Shown: one piece after another, positions 1-8,418 of the stretch
How positions within the stretch are numbered: position 1 is the first letter of the stretch
Layout: the number at the start of each line of letters is the position of its first letter
Source: Bacillota bacterium
GTDB taxonomy: Bacteria > Bacillota > Clostridia > Oscillospirales > Acutalibacteraceae
Assembly: GCA_023458755.1 (NCBI GenBank)
Contig: JAEWYE010000058.1
Coordinates: 7,505-71,504, forward strand
DNA length: 64,000 bases
Direction of reading: 5' to 3'
Made by a program: the position numbers and the translations under genes
Notes under the pieces: model-generated
Database searches by the model: none
What the model was told of the DNA's origin: nothing
The model's input: the letters and a program-made list of their open reading frames with translations, nothing else

Positions 1-1157
1 TCTTCGCCGTAGTAAGCGCAGGTGAGAACCTTGAGCATATTCTCCACGTTGGTTTCTCTTGGGTTGGAGCCCGTGCAAGGGTCTTTTACCGCGTTCTCGG
101 CAATTGCCTGACAATGTGACTTGAAGTTTTCTTCGCTTACGCCGTTGTCCTTATAGCTTTGTGCGATGCTCAGTTTCTTGTTCAGGTCACGAACCGCGTC
201 AACAAGAGAGTTGGTGAGCTGCTTATCGGTTGTGCCCGGCAGACCGAGTGCTTTTGCGATTTCCGCATAGCGCTCCATGCAGACTCTGGAGTTGTATTGA
301 ATCACGTTCGGCAGCAGAATTGCGTTGCAGCAGCCGTGTGGAATTTCGAATACAGCACCTGTTTTGTGCGCCAGGCTGTGAGCGATGCCGAGCAGTGCGT
401 TGGAGAATGCCATACCTGCCATGCACTGCGCAATGTGCATTTTGCCGCGGGCCTCTACGTCGCCGTTGTAGGAATCCAGCAGGCAGTCAAAAATGTCGGA
501 AATTGCTTTGATTGCAAGCGCGTCGGAGAATGGGGAGCGGGCGGTCGCGACATAAGCCTCAATTGCATGGGTTAAAGCATCCATACCGGTGTGAGCGGTG
601 AGCTTCTTCGGCATGGTGAGCGGAATATCGTTATCCAGCACGGCGATATCCGGTGTGATTTCAAAGTCTGCGAGAGGATATTTAATATCGGTGGAATAAT
701 CGGTGATAACGGAGAATGCGGTAACCTCAGATGCGGTGCCGCTGGTGGAAGGAACCGCGACGAAGATGGCTTTCTTTCTTAACTGAGGCATGGTAAACGG
801 ATTTTTAATGTCGTCAAAAGTTTTATCCGGATATTCATAGAACACCCACATTGCTTTTGCGGCATCAATCGGGGAACCGCCGCCGATTGCGACGATCACG
901 TCCGGCTCAAATTCACGCATAGCCTTTGCTCCGTCATATACGCTTTCGATGGAAGGGTCAGGCTGAACGCCTTCATATAAATAAGTTTGGAGTCCGGCTT
1001 CTTTTAAGATATTGTCGAGCTTATCCAAAAAACCATTCTTTTTCATGGAGCTTCCGCCGGTAACAATAAAGGCTTTTTTGTAGCCCTTCAAGTTTTTCAG
1101 CTCGTTCATTGCGCCGGAACCGTAGTACAGATCTCTTGGTAAAGTAAAACGTGCCAT
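1..1157 (-). CDS. Iron-containing (group III) alcohol dehydrogenase, butanol/1,2-propanediol dehydrogenase-like; 3' end runs off the window
   Basis: Reverse-strand translation from the ATG at 1157 gives MARFTLPRDLYYGSGAMNELK... with GGGSPIDAAK and the HxxxH metal-binding region typical of Fe-ADH. A GGAGG RBS sits 8 nt upstream. It is missing from the ORF track only because it is open at the window edge. Confidence 0.85.
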   Translation of the reverse strand, partial: MARFTLPRDLYYGSGAMNELKNLKGYKKAFIVTGGSSMKKNGFLDKLDNILKEAGLQTYLYEGVQPDPSIESVYDGAKAMREFEPDVIVAIGGGSPIDAAKAMWVFYEYPDKTFDDIKNPFTMPQLRKKAIFVAVPSTSGTASEVTAFSVITDYSTDIKYPLADFEITPDIAVLDNDIPLTMPKKLTAHTGMDALTHAIEAYVATARSPFSDALAIKAISDIFDCLLDSYNGDVEARGKMHIAQCMAGMAFSNALLGIAHSLAHKTGAVFEIPHGCCNAILLPNVIQYNSRVCMERYAEIAKALGLPGTTDKQLTNSLVDAVRDLNKKLSIAQSYKDNGVSEENFKSHCQAIAENAVKDPCTGSNPRETNVENMLKVLTCAYYGE

Positions 1158-1296
1158 TGAGTATTCCTCCTAAAATTTTTTTCGTCTGATAGCAAAAGAA
1201 ACAACACATAATTACGCTTCCTTTTTAAGGACAGTTTGCGCAGAGGAAAGGTAAAATATGTAGGTGTCTGATTGCTATATTTCCTGAAAACATTGT

Positions 1297-1314
1297 TTGT
1301 TAATTATCTAACAA
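1297..1314. promoter_or_regulatory. Candidate Rex (redox-sensing repressor) operator TTGTTAATTATCTAACAA, embedded in a 12-bp perfect inverted repeat (1286..1321)
   Basis: 17/18 match to the clostridial Rex box TTGTTAA-N4-TTAACAA. It lies ~140 nt upstream of the Fe-ADH start. Alcohol dehydrogenases are classic Rex targets. Confidence 0.4.
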
Positions 1315-1495
1315 TGTTTTCAGCTATTATCCTACCATGTTACAACACAAGATTCAACACATTTTTCGCATTATTTACAGTTATTTAAAAATTTTTTTAC
1401 TGTTTAAATCAATGCTATTTCTATTGATGTTAAACTCCCTTTTTAAGAAAATGAATAAAGAAAAATATGGATAGCGGAATCTTAATTTACAACTG

Positions 1496-2179
1496 TTAAT
1501 TTATGCCGTTACAAACCGCGATCGTGTAAATCTCGCTCGGATGTGAAACAATATGTTTGGCATGGCTTTGCTCCAACTCGTGCCGGTCTCGAAATCCCCA
1601 AAGTACACCAACGGTGTCCATTCCGGCATTTTCTCCGGTTTGCATATCTACATTGGTATCTCCAATATAAAGGCATTGCTTGGGCGTTACGCCCAGTTCC
1701 TCAGCAATCAGCAGCGCACCCTGCGGCGAAGGCTTCCGTTCCACTTGCGAACGCTGACCGTAACACAGGTCGAACAGATCATTACCAAATAAATTGCGTA
1801 TCACTTCTTCAGTAACATTGTGGGGCTTATTCGAAAGTACGGCAAGTTTCATGTTCTGTTGTTTTAATGCTTTCAGCAATTCCTGCATGCCGTCATATCC
1901 GGTAACTAGGTGCATGGTGTCGCTCTCATAAAGCGTGTCATAGGTTTTCCGAAGACGAAGAACATCCTCCTCCGTATAGGAATCGGTCACGGCGGCCAGC
2001 ATGCGGCGAATCAGTTTATCCGCGCCGTTGCCAACCAGATAGCGGTATTTTTCCACTTCAATTGTCGAATAACCGCACGCGGTAAGCGCGCTGTTCGCAA
2101 AATAAGCAATGGAATTCAGTGTATTCGCTAATGTCCCGTCCAAATCAAAAATACAAGCCTGATACAAAAAATCACCCAT
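1496..2179 (-). CDS. HAD-IA family hydrolase (phosphoglycolate phosphatase-like)
   Basis: DLDGTL motif I near the N-terminus, plus the SNK and GDTxxD motifs of HAD hydrolases. Confidence 0.8.
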   Translation of the reverse strand: MGDFLYQACIFDLDGTLANTLNSIAYFANSALTACGYSTIEVEKYRYLVGNGADKLIRRMLAAVTDSYTEEDVLRLRKTYDTLYESDTMHLVTGYDGMQELLKALKQQNMKLAVLSNKPHNVTEEVIRNLFGNDLFDLCYGQRSQVERKPSPQGALLIAEELGVTPKQCLYIGDTNVDMQTGENAGMDTVGVLWGFRDRHELEQSHAKHIVSHPSEIYTIAVCNGIN

Positions 2180-2468
2180 TCGTTTTAAAATTTAAGCTAG
2201 GGAAGTTTGGTGCTTCCTTAGAACCTCGCAGTTTAATAGTATCAAGAATTTTATTTATTTCAAGTGGGTACCGCGCACAATACTGCAAATTGCGGGGCAA
2301 GTTGCAGGGTGAATTCCGGATTATGAATCAAATTTGGAATATAAAAATAATGTTAAAAAAATATCAAATTACCTATTGCATATATTCGATTTTATGGTAT
2401 ACTAACATGGGGTAAATTTGAAATACAATTTACTTTGAATAATATTATAACACTAGGGAGTAATAACT

Positions 2469-3416
2469 ATGAAAAATGCCGGAGTAAACGGAAGAGTCGT
2501 TGTCATTGGCGCAGGAAACGTTGGCGCTACTATTGCCTACACCATACTTATGAACGATCTGACTTCTGAAATTGTAATGATCGATGTAAATAAAGAAAAG
2601 GCACAGGGCGAAGTCCTTGATATGAACCATGGCCTTGCCTATTTCAAACAAGTTTCGATTCGCGAAGGCGATTATGAAGACTGCGCAGATGCAGACGTTA
2701 TTATCGTCACCGCCGGTCTTGGCCGCAAACCGGGCCAAACCCGTTTGGAGCTTGCACAAATCAACACGAAAATTGCTCGCGATATTACCAAGAACATCAT
2801 GAAATACGCAAAGAACCCGATGATCGTTGTTGTTTCCAACCCTGTTGATGTTTTGACATATGTGATTCAAAAGGAATCCGGTTTGCCGGCTAACCGCGTA
2901 ATCGGTTCGGGTACTTCCCTTGACACATCCCGCTTTAAGTTCTTACTCAGCCAGGAATGCAAAATTGATGTTCGCAACATTCATGCTTACATTGTCGGTG
3001 AGCACGGTGACAGTGAAGTTGCTCTGTGGAGCCACGCAAACGTTGCCGGCAAGCCTTTCGATGAATTCGTAAGCGACAACAAAAATTCTTACGGCATTGA
3101 CCGTAACAAGATTTTTGAGGAAACCAAGAACTCCGGTGCGGAAATCATCCGCTTGAAGGGCGCAACCTTCTACGGTATCGGCATGTCCGTTGCCCGTATC
3201 GTTGCCTGCATCCTTGGCAATGAGCACGCAGTTCTTACCGTATCCACTGCTTTAGACGGTCAGTATGATTTACACGATGTTGCGCTGAGCCTGCCTGCCA
3301 TCATCGGTTCCAACGGTGTAGAGCGTTACATGGATATCTATTTGAGCGATGAAGAATATAAAGCTCTGCATGATTCCGCAGATAAACTTAAAGAATCCAT
3401 AAAAGTAGTATACTAA
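2469..3416 (+). CDS. LDH-family NAD-dependent 2-hydroxyacid dehydrogenase (L-lactate/malate dehydrogenase family)
   Basis: GAGNVGAT Rossmann motif, the catalytic IVGEHGDS and the DTSRF substrate arginine. The specificity position preceding KPG is Arg (GRKPGQTR) rather than the Gln of canonical L-LDH. Confidence 0.85.
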   Translation: MKNAGVNGRVVVIGAGNVGATIAYTILMNDLTSEIVMIDVNKEKAQGEVLDMNHGLAYFKQVSIREGDYEDCADADVIIVTAGLGRKPGQTRLELAQINTKIARDITKNIMKYAKNPMIVVVSNPVDVLTYVIQKESGLPANRVIGSGTSLDTSRFKFLLSQECKIDVRNIHAYIVGEHGDSEVALWSHANVAGKPFDEFVSDNKNSYGIDRNKIFEETKNSGAEIIRLKGATFYGIGMSVARIVACILGNEHAVLTVSTALDGQYDLHDVALSLPAIIGSNGVERYMDIYLSDEEYKALHDSADKLKESIKVVY

Positions 3417-3469
3417 GTTATATTTATTATATTTTATATACTCAAAATCATTTTTAAGGAGATTGGAAT

Positions 3470-4642
3470 ATGGATTACGCTAAAGTTGCTATTGAAAAGC
3501 ACAAAGAGTGGAAAGGCAAAATTCATGTGGTACCCAGTTGCCCATTGGAAACAAAGGATGATTTGTCAATTGCTTATACCCCGGGCGTTGCGGCTCCTTG
3601 CTTAGAAATCAGCGAAGACGTAAACAAGTCTTACGATTACACCCGCCGCGGCAACCTGGTTGCTGTTGTGACGGACGGTACCGCTGTTCTCGGCCTTGGC
3701 GATATTGGACCGGAAGCCGGTATGCCTGTTATGGAAGGCAAATCCGTTCTCTTCAAATCCTTCGGTGATGTTGACGCATTCCCAATTTGTGTTCGTTCCA
3801 AGGATGTAGACGAAATCGTTCATACGGTTGAAATGATTGCCGGTTCCTTCGGCGGCATCAATCTGGAAGATATTTCTGCTCCCCGCTGCTTTGAAATTGA
3901 AAAGCGTTTGAAAGCTTCTCTTGACATTCCTGTATTCCATGACGACCAGCACGGTACTGCCGTTGTAACCATGGCCGCTATGATTAACGCTTTAAAGATT
4001 GTCGGCAAAAAGATTGAAGATATTTCCGCAGTTGTCAGCGGTGCCGGTGCTGCCGGTATTGCCTGCACCAAATTGCTGATGGCACTCGGCCTCAAGGATG
4101 TTATCCTTTGCGACCGCCAGGGTGCTATCTACAAGGGCCGCGACGGCTTGAACCCGATTAAGGCGGAGATGGCTGAAATTACAAACCTGAAATGCAAAAA
4201 AGGTACCATGGCAGAGGTTATTAAGGGTGCCGATGTATTCATGGGTGTTTCCGCTCCCGGCTGCTTAACACCGGAAATGGTCAAAACAATGGCAAAAGAC
4301 CCGGTCATCTTTGCATGCGCAAACCCGACTCCGGAAATCTTCCCGGATGTTGCTCTTGCCGCAGGTGCTAAAGTTGTCGGTACCGGCCGTTCGGACTTCC
4401 CGAATCAGATCAACAATGTTCTTGCGTTCCCCGGCATCTTCCGCGGTGCTTTGGATGTTCGCGCAAGTGACATCAACGATGATATGATGCTTGCCGCGGC
4501 ATTTGCTATTGCGGACTTGGTCAAGCCGGAAGAGCTTTCTCCTGACTTCATCATTCCAGCTCCGTTCAACAAAGCGGTTGCTCCAGCCGTTGCGGAAGCT
4601 GTAAAAGCAGCTGCACGCAAGACCGGTGTAGCAAGACTGTAA
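3470..4642 (+). CDS. NAD(P)-dependent malic enzyme (short bacterial type)
   Basis: Malic enzyme N-terminal and NAD-binding domains, with GAGAAG; ~390 aa like YtsJ/MaeA. Confidence 0.9.
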   Translation: MDYAKVAIEKHKEWKGKIHVVPSCPLETKDDLSIAYTPGVAAPCLEISEDVNKSYDYTRRGNLVAVVTDGTAVLGLGDIGPEAGMPVMEGKSVLFKSFGDVDAFPICVRSKDVDEIVHTVEMIAGSFGGINLEDISAPRCFEIEKRLKASLDIPVFHDDQHGTAVVTMAAMINALKIVGKKIEDISAVVSGAGAAGIACTKLLMALGLKDVILCDRQGAIYKGRDGLNPIKAEMAEITNLKCKKGTMAEVIKGADVFMGVSAPGCLTPEMVKTMAKDPVIFACANPTPEIFPDVALAAGAKVVGTGRSDFPNQINNVLAFPGIFRGALDVRASDINDDMMLAAAFAIADLVKPEELSPDFIIPAPFNKAVAPAVAEAVKAAARKTGVARL

Positions 4643-4674
4643 TATTTACTATAAGAGTTATACTCATTAATAAT

Positions 4675-4718
4675 CAGACAGGGCGCCAAACCGATCGGTT
4701 GGGCGCCCTGTCTTTTGC
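4675..4718. terminator. Bidirectional rho-independent terminator between convergent genes
   Basis: Perfect GC-rich stem cagacagggcgcc...ggcgccctgtctg, followed by a T-run and preceded by an A-run. Confidence 0.65.
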
Positions 4719-4735
4719 ATTTTTGCAGTTAATAG

Positions 4736-5365
4736 TTATTTTAACTCCGTGCCGCCCCATTCTACAACGGCAAAGCCTTTGCGCTCAAAGGTTGGCAGTG
4801 TTTGTTCGGGTACGGTGATTGATTTGTTCAAAGGCTTGTAGACCATGAACACACGCAGTATACTGTCCGGTTTCGGTACTATATTAAGTTTTGCGTAATC
4901 CGTGTAGGCCGAACCCTGAAATGTAATCAAATTATAGGCATTCTCCTGCATTTTTGGCAGCCAATACACAATAAATTCGTTATACTCCTTCGGCGTTAAC
5001 CCCAAATAGGCCAGCTTTTCCTGCAAAAACGCAGCGGTGTCGCTGCCCTTCACCACAAAGCCCTTGCTCATATCATAGTTCACGTTGGAAGTACCTTCCC
5101 AATACAGGTAAGAGTATTCCTTTTGGTCTGCTTTGTTGATGAGCTTTCCGCCCGGATAAGCGGTTACATTCCAGCCGTTTCCGTAGTCGGGGTAGGTGCA
5201 GGTGAACTTGCCGTTCAAGTCTAGCTGCACATTTACATCGGTGGTTTTCGCCGGATACAAATAAATGACAGGCTTCATAGACCTGTGTTCAAAGGGTGAT
5301 TTCCTGCATCCAGCAAGAGCAAACAGCAAAACGGCGCTGAGAATGAGTGCGAGTACCTTCTTCAT
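4736..5365 (-). CDS. Lipoprotein of unknown function
   Basis: N-terminal MKKVLALILSAVLLFALAGC signal peptide with a lipobox cysteine; no recognisable catalytic motif. Confidence 0.55.
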   Translation of the reverse strand: MKKVLALILSAVLLFALAGCRKSPFEHRSMKPVIYLYPAKTTDVNVQLDLNGKFTCTYPDYGNGWNVTAYPGGKLINKADQKEYSYLYWEGTSNVNYDMSKGFVVKGSDTAAFLQEKLAYLGLTPKEYNEFIVYWLPKMQENAYNLITFQGSAYTDYAKLNIVPKPDSILRVFMVYKPLNKSITVPEQTLPTFERKGFAVVEWGGTELK

Positions 5366-5439
5366 AAAACTTTCCCTCTTTCTAATTGTAATTGTAGAAA
5401 TAGAAAATCTCCTGCAAAATCATGCGGAAGAAAGACCGG

Positions 5440-5967
5440 CTAGAATTCGATTCCCTTCCGTGCAGGCATGCCTTTATCAAAGGGATGCTTAACTTTTTTC
5501 ATCTCTGTCACATAGTCCGCCAGGTCAAGAATTTCCCGCGATGGGTCACGCCCAGTCAGAACAAGCTCAAGTTTTTCCGGCTTTTTGCGCATGAATTCAA
5601 GAAGCATATTAGCATTCAGCAGATTGCAGCTCAGCGCACCGAACACTTCATCCAGAATCAGCAAATCACAATTGTCCTTTTGTGCGGCGTTGATGGCCTG
5701 TTTCAGCATATTCTCGCACAACGCGGCAGTTTGGACTAATTCCGCTTCCTCCATTTGAAAGGTGAATTTGATGGTTTGCGGTACATCCATAACGGTAATA
5801 TTCGGAATCTTCCGTAAAATATCCCGTTCACTGGAAGACTCGCCTTTTAAAAACTGTACCAAAAGCACCCGTTTTCCACAGCCGCAGGCACGAATGCCGA
5901 GCCCCACCGCAGCCGTTGTTTTGCCTTTGCCGTCTCCGCAATAGATATGGATTTGTCCGTTTTGCAT
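5440..5967 (-). CDS. cobO: Cob(I)yrinic acid a,c-diamide / cob(I)alamin adenosyltransferase (CobA/CobO/BtuR type)
   Basis: P-loop GDGKGKTTAA and overall match to BtuR/CobO; 175 aa. Confidence 0.85.
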   Translation of the reverse strand: MQNGQIHIYCGDGKGKTTAAVGLGIRACGCGKRVLLVQFLKGESSSERDILRKIPNITVMDVPQTIKFTFQMEEAELVQTAALCENMLKQAINAAQKDNCDLLILDEVFGALSCNLLNANMLLEFMRKKPEKLELVLTGRDPSREILDLADYVTEMKKVKHPFDKGMPARKGIEF

Positions 5968-6267
5968 GGTACTTACCGTTCTTTCTTTTCAAATAAAAAG
6001 CTTTGCCCAGTCCAGTGAAGCCGAATCCCATCTAAATTTGACGGGAAAGGGCAAACTATTATAATTAAGACTCAATGCATTAAAAATCTACGGGCATTGA
6101 TGCAGATTTTTTTCTGTGCTTTTATTGGAGATTTGTGTTATTTATTCATACTATATAAAATTTTCTGGATTTTATGTTCGTATTTCTATTATAATCCAAT
6201 CTTTATAAATTGTAAACGAAGCAAAACTTTGCTATAATAGATACAATTCATATGATTTTTCTATGAC

Positions 6268-6370
6268 ATAGCCATTTGATTTGAAAACAGAGCCAATCTC
6301 CAAGCGTAAAATCCACATATCAAAGATTTAGCGCTTGTTTCTTGGATGTTTTCTAAAGTTAACTGGCTAT
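6268..6370 (+). repeat. Copy 1 of a ~103-nt imperfect-palindrome repeat family (candidate structured sRNA or MITE/REP-like element)
   Basis: Aligns along its full length, at high identity, with 28091..28193 and 53441..53543. Termini atagcca/tggctat are inverted. An internal stem gcgtaaaatc/gatttagcgc is present. Confidence 0.8.
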
Positions 6371-6409
6371 ATAAGAATAATAAATCTATGCATTGAGGGG
6401 GTATTTATC

Positions 6410-6973
6410 ATGAAAAAAATCACAACATTCCAGCTGGTCGGCACCGCGCTCATGGCGGCACTTGTTTTTGTTTCCAACTATTTGAGTTTTCCTATTCCGG
6501 TGGCGGTAGGAGCTCCAACAAGAATTCACCTTGCAAACGCGTTCTGTGTACTGTCCGGCTTGCTTTTAGGACCAATCGGCGGCGGACTTGCAGCCGGTAT
6601 CGGTTCCTTTCTGTACGATTTGACCAATCCGCTATATATTGCCGGTTCTCCGTTTACCTTTGCGTTTAAATTTCTGCTCGCTTTTGTCGCCGCAAAAATT
6701 GCGTACAGCCGCGGCCGAAAAGCGGAAAATGTCACATGGAACCTGATTGGCGCAATCGGCGGTTCGCTGACCTACATTGTTTTGTATCTTGGTAAGACGT
6801 TTGTTGACAATGCGCTTTTGCGTATGCCGCTTATTCCGTCTTTGACGCTTATTTGGACAAAGTTCGGAGCTTCCGCTGCTAATGCCGTAATTGCGGTTGT
6901 TATTTCCGTACCGCTTTGCCTTGCCATTCAGAAAGCGCTGCAAAAGAGCCGTCTGTTGGAAAAATTCAAGTAA
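6410..6973 (+). CDS. Small polytopic membrane protein, ECF-transporter S-component-like
   Basis: ~188 aa with 5-6 predicted TM helices, glycine-rich, fold resembling substrate-capture S components. Start chosen at MKKITTF with a GAGGGGG RBS; the track ORF starts further upstream. Confidence 0.55.
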   Translation: MKKITTFQLVGTALMAALVFVSNYLSFPIPVAVGAPTRIHLANAFCVLSGLLLGPIGGGLAAGIGSFLYDLTNPLYIAGSPFTFAFKFLLAFVAAKIAYSRGRKAENVTWNLIGAIGGSLTYIVLYLGKTFVDNALLRMPLIPSLTLIWTKFGASAANAVIAVVISVPLCLAIQKALQKSRLLEKFK

Positions 6974-7035
6974 CCTATAATAATATTGTAAGAAATAAAA
7001 ATGGTACTGTAAACGAGAGTTACAGTACCATTTTT

Positions 7036-8418
7036 CTATTTCATACTCTGAGCGGCCGCAGCCATGAGCGCGCTTGCGATCGGCCCTGCGGAGGTTCGGC
7101 CGTAGTTGCCTTCCTCTACCACCACCGCAAATGCGATGGGCGTTTTTTCATTGGATGAAAAGCCGACCATCCAGCCATTAGGCTGTTTTCCGCTGCCGAC
7201 TTCGGCTGTACCGGTTTTGGCACAGACCGAAAGTCCGGGGAACATGCTGTCGCCGTAATCTTTAGTCACATTATAACGCATCATAACCTTCAGTTGGTCG
7301 GCTGTTTCTGTTTGCAGCAGTCTGGTTCCGGTCGTCGTATGCCCGGACTGAGTTGTCAGGCCGTAGCTGGATGTGATGCTTTGAATCAGATAAGGATTTA
7401 CCGGTTCACCGCCATTCGCAATGGCACCCATGAGCAGCAGCATATGGTACGGGTTTGTGGTATCTGTGTATTGTCCTATGCCGGACCAAGCTAAATCCTG
7501 CTGCTGCGCACCGCTTACATTATATACGCTTTTGCTGGTTGGAATGCCGTCCAAACTGTAACTTTTATTAAAGCCCATTTGGTTTGCCATGGCAGTCATC
7601 TTGTCTTTTCCCAGCTCCATGGCGAGCTGTGCGAACGTAACATTGCAGGATTTTGCCAAAGCGTTTTTAAAGTTGATGGTGCCGTGCACGGAATCACAGG
7701 TAATCTTATTGCCGTTTACAATCATGCTGCCGGTGCAATGAAACGTGCGGCTTTGAATATCCGGTATATTTTCAATCGCCGCCGCGCTGGTTACCAGTTT
7801 AAAAATGGAACCGGGGGTATAGGAGGAGGAAAGAACACGGTTAAGGTAAACGCCCTCATATTTTTTATTTGTGGAAAGGTCTTTGGGTTCATTCTGCGGA
7901 TCAAAATTCGGAGAACTTACCATACACAGAATTTCGCCGGTTTTGTAGTTGTAAAGCACGGCGGCACCGTTCCGGCTGCCCAGTTTTTCCAGCGCCAGTT
8001 TGCAAAGGCTTGAATTTACGGTCAGCTTGATATTGCTGCCGGTCGGTTTGCTTCCCATCGGCTGTGCAAGTCCGGTAATGGGATTGTACCCCGCAAGCTG
8101 CGAGCGGTAATTGTATTGAATACCGGTTGAAATATAACCGTTTGTATCGCCGACGATATGCACCGTAGCACGGCGGATTTTCTCATCGCTGTTATAGGTT
8201 TGTTTGCCGTTTTCGCTTTTCAGCAGCACAGTGCCGCTTGCATCAGTGATTGCACCGGTATAGCTGCCTTGCCCGTTTGCAGTCAAGTGTTTGTTATAAG
8301 GCTGCGCTGCATACATGCCGCCTTTTGTAGCCATGCCGAACAAAAAATAACCGAGTCCGGCAAAAAATCCAAGAATAATAAGAAGAAGGGCTAGCGAACG
8401 CGCTCCGGTTGTTCTCAT
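7036..8418 (-). CDS. Class B penicillin-binding protein (peptidoglycan D,D-transpeptidase)
   Basis: N-terminal TM anchor, then the SxxK (SIFK), SxN (SCN) and KTG motifs. Confidence 0.85.
   Translation of the reverse strand: MRTTGARSLALLLIILGFFAGLGYFLFGMATKGGMYAAQPYNKHLTANGQGSYTGAITDASGTVLLKSENGKQTYNSDEKIRRATVHIVGDTNGYISTGIQYNYRSQLAGYNPITGLAQPMGSKPTGSNIKLTVNSSLCKLALEKLGSRNGAAVLYNYKTGEILCMVSSPNFDPQNEPKDLSTNKKYEGVYLNRVLSSSYTPGSIFKLVTSAAAIENIPDIQSRTFHCTGSMIVNGNKITCDSVHGTINFKNALAKSCNVTFAQLAMELGKDKMTAMANQMGFNKSYSLDGIPTSKSVYNVSGAQQQDLAWSGIGQYTDTTNPYHMLLLMGAIANGGEPVNPYLIQSITSSYGLTTQSGHTTTGTRLLQTETADQLKVMMRYNVTKDYGDSMFPGLSVCAKTGTAEVGSGKQPNGWMVGFSSNEKTPIAFAVVVEEGNYGRTSAGPIASALMAAAAQSMK

Noticed and set aside
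159-575. 138-aa plus-strand ORF and several other 60-180-aa ORFs (e.g. 8629..9183, 9573..9905, 15574..16110, 24441..25034, 44377..44874)
   Set aside because: They lie entirely inside, and antisense or out of frame to, long well-supported genes with clear family signatures. They are shadow ORFs with no RBS and no domain signal.
5968-6267. Cobalamin riboswitch upstream of cobO
   Set aside because: The leader is about 100 nt and has no B12-box (RAGYCMGGAGACCKGCC-like) sequence.
6268-6370. Interpreting the repeated element as a riboswitch for the downstream ECF-S-like transporter
   Set aside because: The other two copies precede unrelated genes (a GNAT and a sugar-binding protein at 350 bp distance). 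No known riboswitch consensus was recognised. A repeat or sRNA family fits better.
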